This document shows, one piece after another, positions 1 through 10,385 of a stretch of 64,000 bases of DNA. The DNA lies in the NCBI GenBank assembly GCA_965246715.1, contig CBDFFH010000038.1, forward strand, positions 64,001 to 128,000, in the 5' to 3' direction. The notes beneath the pieces are model-generated. The model was given only the letters and a program-made list of their open reading frames with translations, was not told where the DNA came from and did not search any database. Origin of the DNA: Chamaesiphon sp. (GTDB lineage Bacteria; Cyanobacteriota; Cyanobacteriia; Cyanobacteriales; Chamaesiphonaceae). The first letter of the stretch is position 1. Each line of letters begins with the position of its first letter. The position numbers were made by a program, and so were the translations under genes.

Positions 1-490
1 GGGTAATTATACTGGTAGCGTCAAGCAAGCGATCTCTAAGTTAAAATACGACGGTCATACATCGATCGCCGATTTGTATGGCGAATTACTGGCACAGAGT
101 TGGCAACAATCCGCTCTAGTTACTCCAAAAAAGTTAATTGTCGTCCCGATTCCCCTGCATCCAGACAAACTCGCAATCAGAGGTTTCAATCAAGCCGAAT
201 CGATCGCGCGAAGATTTTGTCAGGTAACTGGCGATCGGTTAGATCTGAGTTTACACCGCACCCGCGCCACTGTCGCTCAATTCGGCTTATCTAAATCAGC
301 CAGACAGGAAAATGTCGCTGGGGCATTCGAGATCGCCCCTAACTCGGCGCTAAAACCTGGCTCGACAGTTTTACTAATCGATGATATCTATACTACTGGC
401 GCGACCGGGCGATCGGCAGCCAATGTCTTGAGCGCGATGCAAATTAATGTTTGTGGAGTTGCGGTAGTTGCTACCGGACGCGATCGTTGA
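1..490 (+). CDS. comF: ComF family phosphoribosyltransferase-domain protein (5' end outside window)
   Basis: Frame open from base 2; motifs VPIPLH...RGFNQA and VLLIDDIYTTGAT typical of ComF. Confidence 0.9.
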   Translation, partial: GNYTGSVKQAISKLKYDGHTSIADLYGELLAQSWQQSALVTPKKLIVVPIPLHPDKLAIRGFNQAESIARRFCQVTGDRLDLSLHRTRATVAQFGLSKSARQENVAGAFEIAPNSALKPGSTVLLIDDIYTTGATGRSAANVLSAMQINVCGVAVVATGRDR

Positions 491-492
491 GA
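436..492 (+). repeat. 57-bp direct repeat copy 1 (comF 3' end including stop)
   Basis: gatgcaaattaatgtttgtggagttgcggtagttgctaccggacgcgatcgttgaga matches 2682-2738 with 3 mismatches. Confidence 0.95.
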
Positions 493-540
493 TCGACTGC
501 TCGATCTATAATTTTTAAATCAGGCGTTGCTGAATTATTG

Positions 541-742
541 AAGTTTCTAATATCTGCATTAGTTTTTTGCTCTTGAGCAGCCAAATCGGTACGGATTTGG
601 TTTTGAATCGTCGTTGGAATAGATGAGGAAATGTTATTAGCTGAAAGTGCGACTGTTGGCGATCCAGCAGACATCACACCTGCATCCACATTAAACCCAA
701 ATCCCGAACTAATCGGTGTACCAAAGCCAATTCCCAAATATT
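541..742 (-). pseudogene. Fragment of an outer-membrane beta-barrel-like protein (near C-terminus)
   Basis: Reads YLGIGFGTPISSGFGFNVDAGVMSAGSPTVALSA...DLAAQEQKTNADIRNF; no start and no terminal aromatic strand. Confidence 0.55.
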
Positions 743-2409
743 GGTTGGCGATCGAGCGAGAATGGGTGTCGGTTGGAGAATTACAAGCAGATATTATTCC
801 CACCATTTCGATCTCGCAATTACTGGAATCTCTCGAATACTTGCAAGGTCGATCGCTCATCGAAAAGAACGGTGGTAAATTCACCCAGCAGGCAGTGGTG
901 ATGGAATACACGATCGACAAACTGTTAACTACTGTAAGAACAGAAATTCGCGATTGACAGCCGAAGTTATTGCTGCGTTATGCACTGATGAAAGTTACGG
1001 CGAAGGATTATGTGCGGGAGAGTCAAATTCGGCTCGCGATCGTGCCATTACTAATGATGCTGGCAGCAGATTTGGGCGGAAGACAGGCGATCGAGCTAGC
1101 TCTAAAGCAGATTTTGCAACAACTCTCTACTGACTCCTATTCAGCATCAAATTATGGTGCCGGAAATTGTCTAAATTTGCTCTCTCACTTACAAGCCGAT
1201 GTAACTGGATTAGATTTGTCAGGAATGAGTATTCGCCAAGCAGATCTCCGCGAGCTGCGACTGCATCGAGTCAATTTTACACAAGCGAACCTATCTACTT
1301 CACTATTTGCCGAATCGATCGGCGATATCTATCAAATAGCAATTAGCCCCGACGGTAGAATGGTTGCGAATGGTTGTAATGATGGTCGGATTTCCATCTG
1401 GCAAGTAAGTACCGGACAAAACTTGTTGAGTATCAAAGGACATAATAGTACTGTCATGGGGCTGGTTTTTACCGCCGATAACCAAAAGCTGATTAGTTGT
1501 AGTTTCGATCGATATATTAAAATTTGGGATGTAGATAGTGGTGCTTGTATCCAATTTTGGTAAGCATCAGCAGCCATTCAGCGGCTATCGATCGGGTGTG
1601 ATGGGCAAATATTGGCTTGTGGTGGCGACAGTGGCGATGTGTTGCTATGGGATTTGAATACGGGAAAACTACTAAAAAAACTCCATAGCATTTCTAAAGT
1701 TGTGCGAGCGTTAGCTTTTCATCCCACTTGTAATTTATTGGCTAGCAGTAGTGACGATCGACAACTTCGGCTGTGGGATCTCGATACCGATCGCGGCTTA
1801 AATACGACTCTCGCTCATAAGATGGCTGCGTGGCAAATAGCGTTTTCACCTCAAGGTAATCTATTAGCAAGTTGCAGCATGGATGGCTTGGTTAAGTTGT
1901 GGAATGTCATCGATGATTCATCTTTACAAGGACTTTCTCCGCCATTGCAACGGAGTTCTCACCAGATCTTAACTATTGCTTTTCAACCATATGCCGAGAT
2001 TCTGGCTAGCGGTGGAGTTGATAGTACGATCTGTTTGTGGAATTATCGCACTGGGGAACTAGTTTGTAAATTCGATCGGACAGAACTGGGCAATCTTAAA
2101 ATTCTTAACTTGGCTTTTCATCCTTCAGGTCGTTTTCTAGCTACCGCCAGTTACGATCCCCATATCAAGATTTGGGATATCGAGCAGGGTGTTTGCTATC
2201 GGCACTTAGATGGGAAAAATGCCACTCGCAACTGGGCTGTGGCTTGCCACCCACACCGAGATCTATTAGCCAGTGGTGGTGGTGGCGGAGATAATACCGT
2301 GTGCCTGTGGGATATCCATAGTAGTACATGTTGTCAGGTTTTGAATGGTCATACCTCCGTTATTATTGGAGTTGCCTTTAGTCCTGATGGATTACAACCG
2401 CTCAATTAG
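739..2409 (+). pseudogene. NB-ARC/STAND-type pentapeptide + WD40 repeat protein remnant
   Basis: ORFs 631, 970 and 1612 are in one frame, split by in-frame stops at 955-957 and 1561-1563; YWLAIEREWVS..., pentapeptide repeats and many WD40 repeats; NTPase domain absent. Confidence 0.85.
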
Positions 2410-2511
2410 CGACGCTCAAGGGTTTAGGGGCATTGGCTTAGCTCTGGTGGAAACGAGATCGGGAGCGCGACTTGGAAATAAAAGCACTACTGGTAGAGGT
2501 AAAAGAGGCTA

Positions 2512-2680
2512 TTATTTACTCTTCCGATCGTTGAGTGACTTATATGTCTGCTCCTTTTGGATCCAGTCGCGACCGAGTTCGATCGTGACATCAGAGTAGA
2601 AACTACTCGAACTCTCAACCTTGACCTCTCCAAATCCTAATAACTGCGATAAACCAGAGATTCTCTGTGTGGTAGTAGGG
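2512..2680 (-). pseudogene. 3' fragment of an LCP (LytR/CpsA/Psr) family gene, LytR_C-like tail
   Basis: Own translation: ...SQLLGFGEVKVESSSSFYSDVTIELGRDWIQKEQTYKSLNDRKSK*; resembles the cyanobacterial LCP C-terminal LGFGEV..ES....SD.TI.LG.DW motif. Confidence 0.6.
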
Positions 2681-2681
2681 A

Positions 2682-2738
2682 GATGCAAATTAATATTTGT
2701 GGAGTTGCGGTAGTTGCTACCGGACGCGAGCGGTGAGA
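2682..2738 (+). repeat. 57-bp direct repeat copy 2 (duplicated comF 3' end)
   Basis: Encodes MQINICGVAVVATGRER*, versus MQINVCGVAVVATGRDR* in copy 1. Confidence 0.95.
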
Positions 2739-2808
2739 GCGAAAAATTCGATCGTCAATTTGGTAAGATTCGATCGAGTGTGAGCACAGTTATTTTCACG
2801 ATCTAACA

Positions 2809-3300
2809 ATGCAAATAGATTACCAAATTCGAGAACTGACGGTAGAAGATGAATCGATCGTGTGGGAAATGTTACGATATGCCGCACAACAACCGTCGAT
2901 CGAATCAGTTCGCGCTCAACCAGATCTAGCGCGTTATGCCACAGATTGGGGTAGAAATGGCGACTGGGGTTATGTGGCATCCCAGCAGGGAATTCCTATC
3001 GGCGCGGCTTGGCTGCGGTTGTGGCTGGGGGAACGAGGATTTGGTTACGTTAATGATAAAACCCCCGAATTAGGTCTCGCAGTGTTACCCGATTATCGCG
3101 GTCGAGGGATTGGCTCTGAGTTATTAGATCGGGTTTTACAATCGGCGCGGGAGCGATTTGCAGCGGTAAGTCTGAGCGTTCGATCGGATAATCCCGTTCT
3201 GAGGTTATACGAGCGATCGGGATTTGTCAAAGCAACAGGCAGCGAACATTTCAATCGATCGGACAGCATCTCATTTACGATGATTTGTAAGTTTGAGTAA
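2809..3300 (+). CDS. GNAT family N-acetyltransferase
   Basis: LAVLPDYRGRGIG acetyl-CoA motif; RLYERSGF. Confidence 0.9.
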   Translation: MQIDYQIRELTVEDESIVWEMLRYAAQQPSIESVRAQPDLARYATDWGRNGDWGYVASQQGIPIGAAWLRLWLGERGFGYVNDKTPELGLAVLPDYRGRGIGSELLDRVLQSARERFAAVSLSVRSDNPVLRLYERSGFVKATGSEHFNRSDSISFTMICKFE

Positions 3301-3310
3301 AGCCGTTAAT

Positions 3311-3430
3311 TAACCCAAGTTGCTACCTAGAAACGCCTACGATTGAAATCGTGGCTACGGTTACTTAGTCCGGTTATTGCTGCGAGCAGCGGTTTCTAAC
3401 CGCTGAGGTTATAGGTACCAACTTGGATTA
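3311..3430. mobile_element. MITE-like element with REP-like core (terminus type A)
   Basis: Inverted termini taacccaagttgctaccta / taggtaccaacttggatta; core shared with 5170, 14133 and 19686. Confidence 0.7.
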
Positions 3431-3431
3431 A

Positions 3432-4994
3432 TTATTTCAATTGACAAGAACTGCGATAGTAGTCAAATTCGGGTTCTTGCCACGAAAAGGCAAAGTGACT
3501 GATGGAATGAATCTGCGGTAGATTGCGATGAATACCATTCATTTGCTCCTCTAAAGACGGACGACCCTCCGTAGGTTTACCCCAGGTGCCAGCTAGCGCG
3601 GGTTTCACCTCGGTATTCGCTGGCGCAAAACTTAGCACGCGGCGGACTTGATTGACGATACAATCGCTCTTATTACAGGTGGCATAAGCCATCGGATGCC
3701 ATTCATTGGTCACAAAGCGATCCCAAGGTTGCAGCCGCGAATCGTAGCCTCTTCTACCGACTGGTTGATTGGCTTCGGGGAAGAATACCGCACCAGATTT
3801 AAGCTGTTGTTGTTCCACGGGTGCGGCAACCCGACGCAGAAAATTAGCAACTCCATCGCTAGCATGAGCGAGCGTGAGCTGCCACAAATCCCACTCAATC
3901 CAAGGCAATTTATCTTCGTATGGCATGGTGCCCTCGTTTTCCAGCGGGGTGCGTCCTTGCCAGAGCGGCGAAACTTCATTGGGGTAGAGCTTGTCTACCT
4001 CTTTGAGGTCGTTCACGGTAATAGTGCCTTTATTGAGAAACCGATCGATCAGCGCCGTACCCTTACTATTTTGAGCCAGAGCGGCGAGCGTTTGACGGGA
4101 CTCATCGCTATAAATCCATAAATCTTTGACCTGACTGGCGATCGATTGGATGCCCTGTCCCCTAGGGAACCGAATATAATCAAACAGCACGCCATCGGGA
4201 CGGCGACGGACGACTTCGCGCAACATCCGGTCGTAATCATTCCGGGCTTTATCGCTATAAGGATCGATAAATAGAACGGAACCAGAACCCGTCTCGCCAT
4301 CTGCCGTTTTTTGAAAGCCTTCTTCTCCAGCAAACAATGTTGTCTCGCCGCGACCGTTGATCCCTACGGCTGACTGTCCATCTGGGGTGACTCCATACTC
4401 TGGCCCAAAATTGAGACTATACATCCACGCGTAGACCTTCAAGCCACGTTCGTGCCCTTTTTGAATCGCGTCTGCGAGAAGGTCGGTTTTATCGGTTCCC
4501 CGCGTATTCAGTACTGAGTTCCAAGCGGTACTATTACCAGTGCGTGGCAATAAGACCTTGCCATAGAAAGTGGCAACATAAACTTGGTTGTAGCCTTTAT
4601 CGACCATCCGATCGAATATTTCTTCCAAGGCACCAGGTTTTGTATCACAGGGATAGAGCCTAATCCAAATTGCTTGGTTTTTCAACCAACTTTTTTGCCG
4701 ACAATCTCGAACGTAGCTGATGTGCTTTTTGACTATTTCATTGTACTGAGATTGACTCTGCCGATCGCCTTTTTGGGCCGCTCGCCGCAGGGTGTTTTTG
4801 GCAATGATTTCGGTTGGCGGAATTTGACAGTAATCAGAAGCGGGAATGTTTTGGGCTAATTTGGTCTGAGCAAAGGCTCCCGACCCGATGAAGCTACTGG
4901 TGGCGAACGCTCCTACGAATAACCCCCGATACCACTTGTGCTGATTTTTCCCTCCTAGCGGGACGGGAAGATTTGTATGTAGCTTACAATCCAT
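3432..4994 (-). CDS. Family 10 glycosylhydrolase-like (DUF187-type) protein
   Basis: GLKVYAW and PDGVLFDYIRFP motifs; signal-like N-terminus. Confidence 0.8.
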   Translation of the reverse strand: MDCKLHTNLPVPLGGKNQHKWYRGLFVGAFATSSFIGSGAFAQTKLAQNIPASDYCQIPPTEIIAKNTLRRAAQKGDRQSQSQYNEIVKKHISYVRDCRQKSWLKNQAIWIRLYPCDTKPGALEEIFDRMVDKGYNQVYVATFYGKVLLPRTGNSTAWNSVLNTRGTDKTDLLADAIQKGHERGLKVYAWMYSLNFGPEYGVTPDGQSAVGINGRGETTLFAGEEGFQKTADGETGSGSVLFIDPYSDKARNDYDRMLREVVRRRPDGVLFDYIRFPRGQGIQSIASQVKDLWIYSDESRQTLAALAQNSKGTALIDRFLNKGTITVNDLKEVDKLYPNEVSPLWQGRTPLENEGTMPYEDKLPWIEWDLWQLTLAHASDGVANFLRRVAAPVEQQQLKSGAVFFPEANQPVGRRGYDSRLQPWDRFVTNEWHPMAYATCNKSDCIVNQVRRVLSFAPANTEVKPALAGTWGKPTEGRPSLEEQMNGIHRNLPQIHSISHFAFSWQEPEFDYYRSSCQLK

Positions 4995-5169
4995 AGTCTC
5001 GATCGCGATTGCAGATAAGAATAGTTCGGCTTCTAAGTATAAAGGAGAAGCCGATCCGCAGATCGACTTCTCCTTCTACTCTTTCAATTTGGACTAGCGA
5101 TTTAGAGCCAATGTTCCAAATAGAGGATAAAAGTTTGAGCGAGGGGGTAATGGATAGTGAATAGTAGCG

Positions 5170-5317
5170 AACCTAAGTTGCTACCTATTATCTCAGCGGT
5201 TAGAAACCGCTGCTCGTGATGCAAAGTCCGGTTGTTGCCGCGAGCGGCAACAACCGGACTTTGCAACGTTAGCCCCGATTTTAATCGGCGGCATTCGATA
5301 GGTAGCAACTTGGGTTA
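5170..5317. mobile_element. MITE-like element with REP-like core (terminus type A), inverted relative to the 3311 copy
   Basis: aacctaagttgctaccta ... taggtagcaacttgggtta; internal hairpin tgcaaagtccggttgttgccgcgagcggcaacaaccggactttgca. Confidence 0.75.
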
Positions 5318-5342
5318 GCTATTGGCAGTAATTCATAATTGA

Positions 5343-5744
5343 TTACGCGCCACGTTGGAGGGCAGCTTCGATTTGCTTGAATTTTTGCTCTAGACTGGTC
5401 TTAAGCTTTTCTGGTAGCGGACGATTGGGGTAGGAGGCGTAGTGCGCCGCTAACGAATTGAGGGCGGTTCGCATACTGGTAAAGGAGCTAAGTTTTGTCA
5501 ATGCAGGGTCTTGACGGTAACGCGAAGCAAAATCATTGATATTTTGACGAGCTAAAGCCTGTGCGGCTGGTTTATCTGGGGAGTCGTCGGGCAACTCTAA
5601 TACAGCTTTCATACTATTGAGGACAGCCATGGTGTCCTGACGATAATCTCCCACTAGTCCGCCAGGGCTAGCCGAACAGCCAGCCAAACCGATGACAACC
5701 ACTAGTACTAAAGCAAATAACTGTGACCACAGACGCTTAAACAT
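5343..5744 (-). CDS. psb27: Photosystem II assembly lipoprotein Psb27
   Basis: Lipobox LAGC; SFTSMRTALNSLAAHYASYPNRPLPEKLK signature. Confidence 0.95.
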   Translation of the reverse strand: MFKRLWSQLFALVLVVVIGLAGCSASPGGLVGDYRQDTMAVLNSMKAVLELPDDSPDKPAAQALARQNINDFASRYRQDPALTKLSSFTSMRTALNSLAAHYASYPNRPLPEKLKTSLEQKFKQIEAALQRGA

Positions 5745-5943
5745 GATTTGTAAATTAGAAATTTAAAACTCAAAAATTACTGTCCATCCTAGCGCGAATC
5801 CGAGCGGAATGGGGGATTAGAGGAAAGGGAACGGGGCTAACTCCCAATTGAGATTTGGACTGGCTCTTGACTATTGGCGATCGATCGTCAACTATTGTCT
5901 AGGTACTAAGAATATAAATAACTATTCACTAGCCACAAGCACT

Positions 5944-6537
5944 ATGACCGTAATTTCTCGCCCCTACATTTTTATGTGGACGATCGTAGGCTTATTTCTG
6001 ACGATCGGTGCTAATTTTTTGCCATTGTATATTACCAGTTCACCGTTGCAATGGTTGAGCGGGGGGATTACTGCTTACCCATTAGGGTTTAAGTGTCAGG
6101 TGGGTGCGGTGCTGCTAGTGAGTTGTTTGGGTGGCAGAACTACTGGAGTATTGACTCAATTTACTTACATATTATTGGGATTGCTGTGGTTGAAAATTTT
6201 TAATGACGGTGGTGGCATTGAGTATCTTCATCAGCCTAATTTTGGATATTTACTGGGATTTATCCCTGGAGCTTGGGTCTGCGGACAGTTAGCATTTACC
6301 CGGAAGCTACAATTGGAAAATTTAGGATTGAGTTGCTTTTGTGGTCTAATAACGATTCATCTCACTGGCATTTTATATTTAATTATCTATCAATTAATTA
6401 ACTGGCAGCAATTAGGTGAATTCAAGTTAGTAGAGCTGACACTTAATTATTCTTTTTATCCGTTTATCAGTCAATTGGTGCTGGCTTGCGCGGCTGCTTC
6501 GATCGCATATTTCACGCGCAAGATTATGTTTTATTAA
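5944..6537 (+). CDS. bioY: Biotin transporter BioY
   Basis: Hydrophobic; GGGIEYLHQPNFGYLLGFIPGAW motif; start chosen at ATG 5944; upstream of lspA. Confidence 0.85.
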   Translation: MTVISRPYIFMWTIVGLFLTIGANFLPLYITSSPLQWLSGGITAYPLGFKCQVGAVLLVSCLGGRTTGVLTQFTYILLGLLWLKIFNDGGGIEYLHQPNFGYLLGFIPGAWVCGQLAFTRKLQLENLGLSCFCGLITIHLTGILYLIIYQLINWQQLGEFKLVELTLNYSFYPFISQLVLACAAASIAYFTRKIMFY

Positions 6538-6547
6538 TAACTAAGAT

Positions 6548-7018
6548 ATGCAAGTCAGAAATTATTACTTATGGATTGCTGCAATCGGCAGTATTACAAT
6601 CGATATTCTCAGTAAGCAAGCGATCGTGCGCAATCTCCAGGCGATGCAAACGTTGCCCATCATCCCCAATGTTTTGCATTTTACCTATATCCGCAACACT
6701 GGTGCGGCCTTTAGTCTATTTCAGGGACAGGATTGGCTGCGGTGGTTGTCGTTAATTGTTACCCTTGCATTAATCGCAGTCGGACTATTCAAGTCTTTTC
6801 GCAATACTTGGGAACAATTGGGGCTGGGATTTATTCTAGCAGGAGCAGCAGGGAATGGCATCGATCGATTATTTTTTGGTTCGGTAGTTGATTTTATCGA
6901 TCTACGGTTGATTAATTTCGCGATCTTTAATTGGGCTGATGTATCGATCAACCTAGGAATTATTTGCCTGCTAATATATACATTTTTATACCAACCGCAA
7001 AGATCTAATCCTCGTTAA
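6548..7018 (+). CDS. lspA: Lipoprotein signal peptidase II
   Basis: NTGAAFS, GAAGNGIDR, VVDFI, FNWAD motifs. Confidence 0.97.
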   Translation: MQVRNYYLWIAAIGSITIDILSKQAIVRNLQAMQTLPIIPNVLHFTYIRNTGAAFSLFQGQDWLRWLSLIVTLALIAVGLFKSFRNTWEQLGLGFILAGAAGNGIDRLFFGSVVDFIDLRLINFAIFNWADVSINLGIICLLIYTFLYQPQRSNPR

Positions 7019-7087
7019 AGATCGCAATTTAAATAAGAGCGATGTTAACTATTCATCGCTCGGCTAGAGAATCGATCGAGATCCTAA

Positions 7088-7569
7088 TGAAACACAAAAT
7101 TTCTAATTACTGCCCGATCGTTTTGGCAATCTTACTGACTCACAGTCTTTGCTGCAACAGCAGCTCCGCCGCACCGCGAACGGTGGGGACAACGCTATTA
7201 CCTAAAGATAATAAAGCTGTCTACGCGCCCATCCTATTACCGTCGACTGGAGAAGTCAAAGATGTCTTATCTGCTAAAGATATTCCGACTGGTGAAGGTG
7301 GATTTGCACGAGATTATGCAATCAAATTACAAGCTGGCGATCAAATAGCGATCGATCTGAGTTCTGAAGTATTCGATACTGTCATCATCCTCCTAAGTCC
7401 TGAAGGTAAAAACATCGGCAAAAATGATGATGGCCCCGATGGTAGTAGTAATTCCCTGTTATTTACCAGAATTAAAGATGCTGGTACCTATGTTATTCGC
7501 GTCCAGGGGTTTGGGGAAACTAGCAGTGGGGAATTTAAACTCAAAGTTAGTAAACTCAAAGCCCAATAA
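7088..7569 (+). CDS. Secreted pre-peptidase C-terminal (PPC) domain protein
   Basis: Signal peptide; IAIDLSSEVFDT...NDDGPDGSSNSLL...GTYVIRV pattern; start could be 7042. Confidence 0.75.
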
Positions 7570-7580
7570 ATATATAGAAT

Positions 7581-8876
7581 TTAGCGTTTGACCAAAATAT
7601 ATGCCTTGGTATATTCGGGTAATGTGCGCGTATAAGCCGCAAAATCTTCCTTACTATCGAATACCCCAGCCAAAAAGTCTAATTGATGTAAATTGGGTAA
7701 AAAAGCCCCACCCGTATCTGCAATAATCCCCATGTGTAATTGCTGCTTACCAGAGTTCGCACCGCTCTGTGTCACCACAATTTTACCCAAACCGATATTG
7801 AGGACATCGCCAGCAAAAGTCACCCCAGGCTTGAGTGAAATCTTAGTTTCGATCGTCTGACCGAATCCTTTAATGGCATTGACAGGTTTAAAATACCAAT
7901 AGCGTTTTTGGGCGAGCGGATCGAGACCTTTAATATAAGGAAGATTATTATTGCGATCGACATTAAAAAATGTCGAAGTCCCATCGGTAAATTTAATTAA
8001 TACCGTTCCTTCCATTAATGCCGATTCCAATCCCGCTCGATCGAGATAAGCTAAAGGTTCGACTGCACCATATTCAGTCCCATTCGGTTCGTAGATATTT
8101 TTTAAGACATCTTGCTTGGTATATTTCAGCCGCACTCGATCGACATCCGTGCCTGGTTTGAGTGCATACAGTCCCAGATTATACTCTTTTGTCGGCTGAT
8201 GCGAGCCAGGATGAGTAAATACGGCATATTTAGTCAATCGCACTCGTTTCTCGTCTGTCGCCTTGGGATCGAATGCTTGCCATTGAATCGTCCGAAAATG
8301 AGTATTTAAAAACTTTGGATCTTGGAGCCGGATCGATCTTTTCGCTTTAAGATCTTGCTCGAGCGTCAAAATCATAAAATCCAACGTTTTGACAACATCC
8401 GGAATAGTTACGCCTTGGCTAGCTAAAATCCCCTCGCGCTGAAGATCGACATCGTTATCTAAGCTATTTTTAAAGTACTTGCGCGTGCTGCTGAGCACCA
8501 CCAGCAAATCGGCGGCATTAAAATTTACTCTATTGTTCGGCAGCTTGGTAGATTTAAATAGTTCGCGGCTTTGAGCCATGAATTGGGGTTGCTTTAGTTC
8601 GTCGATTACTTGATAGTCTCCAAGCTGTACGGGGGCGCTAGGCAGTGGTAGTGGGGCAACAGGAGCAGTGGTGGTAGCAGTTGTTGCTGGTGATGCTGTC
8701 GGCGGCGTTGCGGTAATGGCTGGGGCTGGTGCGCTCGCAGATGATGGCATCGGTGCCGGTAGTGGGGTAACACTCGATGAGGCAGAAGCTTCTGACGTAG
8801 AAGCTTTAGGCAGAGTATGAGTACAAGCTGTTAAGACGATCGAGCTAATCCCAATTAATAATCTAAAATATTTCAC
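7581..8876 (-). CDS. MltA-like lipoprotein (3D domain, putative lytic transglycosylase)
   Basis: Lipobox LTAC, Pro/Ala-rich linker, C-terminal ADTGGAF...LDFLAG 3D-like motif. Confidence 0.65.
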   Translation of the reverse strand: MKYFRLLIGISSIVLTACTHTLPKASTSEASASSSVTPLPAPMPSSASAPAPAITATPPTASPATTATTTAPVAPLPLPSAPVQLGDYQVIDELKQPQFMAQSRELFKSTKLPNNRVNFNAADLLVVLSSTRKYFKNSLDNDVDLQREGILASQGVTIPDVVKTLDFMILTLEQDLKAKRSIRLQDPKFLNTHFRTIQWQAFDPKATDEKRVRLTKYAVFTHPGSHQPTKEYNLGLYALKPGTDVDRVRLKYTKQDVLKNIYEPNGTEYGAVEPLAYLDRAGLESALMEGTVLIKFTDGTSTFFNVDRNNNLPYIKGLDPLAQKRYWYFKPVNAIKGFGQTIETKISLKPGVTFAGDVLNIGLGKIVVTQSGANSGKQQLHMGIIADTGGAFLPNLHQLDFLAGVFDSKEDFAAYTRTLPEYTKAYILVKR

Positions 8877-9120
8877 GCTAAGTAATTGACAAATAGTTAG
8901 TTCGCTTAATTATCGTCAAGTATACAACTCAATGTCCGCGCTGAAGTTACTCTAAATTTGATAATAAGTAAAATTAATCGATCTTAAATTTTTTATTCAT
9001 TACCGTACTCAGATAGAGAATAACTACAGCATTGAGTTTGGTTGATGCGATCGAAAATAGCATTGTGACCCCAAAACCGCTTAGCTTCAAAAGCATTTGG
9101 GAATTTAGGGTATAGTCAAT

Positions 9121-10338
9121 TCATGAATTGCCGCTACTCTGAATTTCAGATTTACAAAAAGTCTGGTAATCGAGCTGTACTTGTCGGGAATAATTGCGGG
9201 CATAGCCAAGAAGATCCTGTTGCCATGTTAAATTATGCCCATAATCGATGAGAGCGTCAGTAGTTGCCGCACCCAATTTACCGCTACCATGAAGATGAGC
9301 AGATGCAGTAACTCGGGCCATTGTGTCGATAAGTTGCTCTAATTGGGATACATCAAATTTACCAGGTTTCAAGGTGATTTTATCCTGCGTAGGTTGCAGC
9401 TCCCTTAATAAATAACTACTCCGATCGCATTCAATTGCGGCCATTAATGCTGGTGGTGCCGACTGAACTAATTGTTGAACGGTCATCACTCGCATCGCTT
9501 GGTTTGTCCAGACAGGTTGTTCGCTCAAATATGGTTGCAGTGCGGAAACTGGCTGTTGCTTAAAATCGAGTAAATAGTTACGATCGGGTGAACCTTTACC
9601 TGTGACTAAAATTAAGTACCGATCGAGTCCCAAACTTCCGGTACCAGCAACTCGAAATCCGATATCTAATACTTTAAAAAAATCTGAATTAGGTTGAGAA
9701 TGTGCCCATGTTTCGATTGATTTGCTCACTCGATCGAATTGCTGTGGAGAAATCTTTAATGTCTTGTTGAGATCGAATTTTAGTTGGCGGTGATTTTTAA
9801 TTAGCTTAGTACGTTCGTCGAGCAGATTGCGGCGGTTGCGCTGACGTAAATCCTTGAGTAATGACTCGACAATCCCATCGGCATTAGCTTCGGTAATCGT
9901 CCTAATTTTACCGAGAGCTAAAGTATTGACATAACTACTCAGATAGATGCGCGCCAATTTTCCAGCAGCAGCTAGATCGAGATTGAGAGCATCTGCGGCT
10001 AAGTAAATACTCGTGAGTAAGCGCGCGATATCCCAACTACAGGGAGCGAGTGAGCCTTCATCGAAATCATTAACCCCAAAATAAATCTGGCGGTCATCGC
10101 CCTTGTAGGTACCGAAATTTTCTAAATGTAAATCGCCACAGATCCACACAACTGGTGCTGGAAATGTCGTGAGTCGATCGGGTAAATCCTGGTAAAATAA
10201 ATGACAGGTACCTCTAAAGAATGCAAATGCACTCTTACTCAATTTTTCATATTTTTGAGGTAAGATCCTAACATCTCGACCTCGATCGAATGTTTGAATT
10301 AATTGCCAGACATCTCGCTCGATCGGGAGATCGTTCAT
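9121..10338 (-). CDS. DUF2252 family protein (kinase-like fold)
   Basis: FAFFRGT, CGDLHLENFG, NDFDE, GTGSLG motifs. Confidence 0.9.
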   Translation of the reverse strand: MNDLPIERDVWQLIQTFDRGRDVRILPQKYEKLSKSAFAFFRGTCHLFYQDLPDRLTTFPAPVVWICGDLHLENFGTYKGDDRQIYFGVNDFDEGSLAPCSWDIARLLTSIYLAADALNLDLAAAGKLARIYLSSYVNTLALGKIRTITEANADGIVESLLKDLRQRNRRNLLDERTKLIKNHRQLKFDLNKTLKISPQQFDRVSKSIETWAHSQPNSDFFKVLDIGFRVAGTGSLGLDRYLILVTGKGSPDRNYLLDFKQQPVSALQPYLSEQPVWTNQAMRVMTVQQLVQSAPPALMAAIECDRSSYLLRELQPTQDKITLKPGKFDVSQLEQLIDTMARVTASAHLHGSGKLGAATTDALIDYGHNLTWQQDLLGYARNYSRQVQLDYQTFCKSEIQSSGNS

Positions 10339-10385
10339 AAAATTTGCTGTTATTTTAGATTTTAAAAACCACCGGCAGTTCGACT

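Noticed and set aside
471..957. ORFs 471-920 (-) and 631-957 (+) as real genes
   Set aside because: Each is a chimera reading across the junction of two opposite-strand fragments.
955..1563. Stop-codon readthrough or recoding in the WD40 gene
   Set aside because: The two stops differ (TGA, TAA) and the gene is truncated at both ends, so decay is the simpler explanation.
5102..5308. Short ORFs over the miniature elements (also 14009, 19529, 19602, 29158, 60120)
   Set aside because: They translate palindromic repeat DNA and share repeat-derived peptides such as LQSPVVAA.
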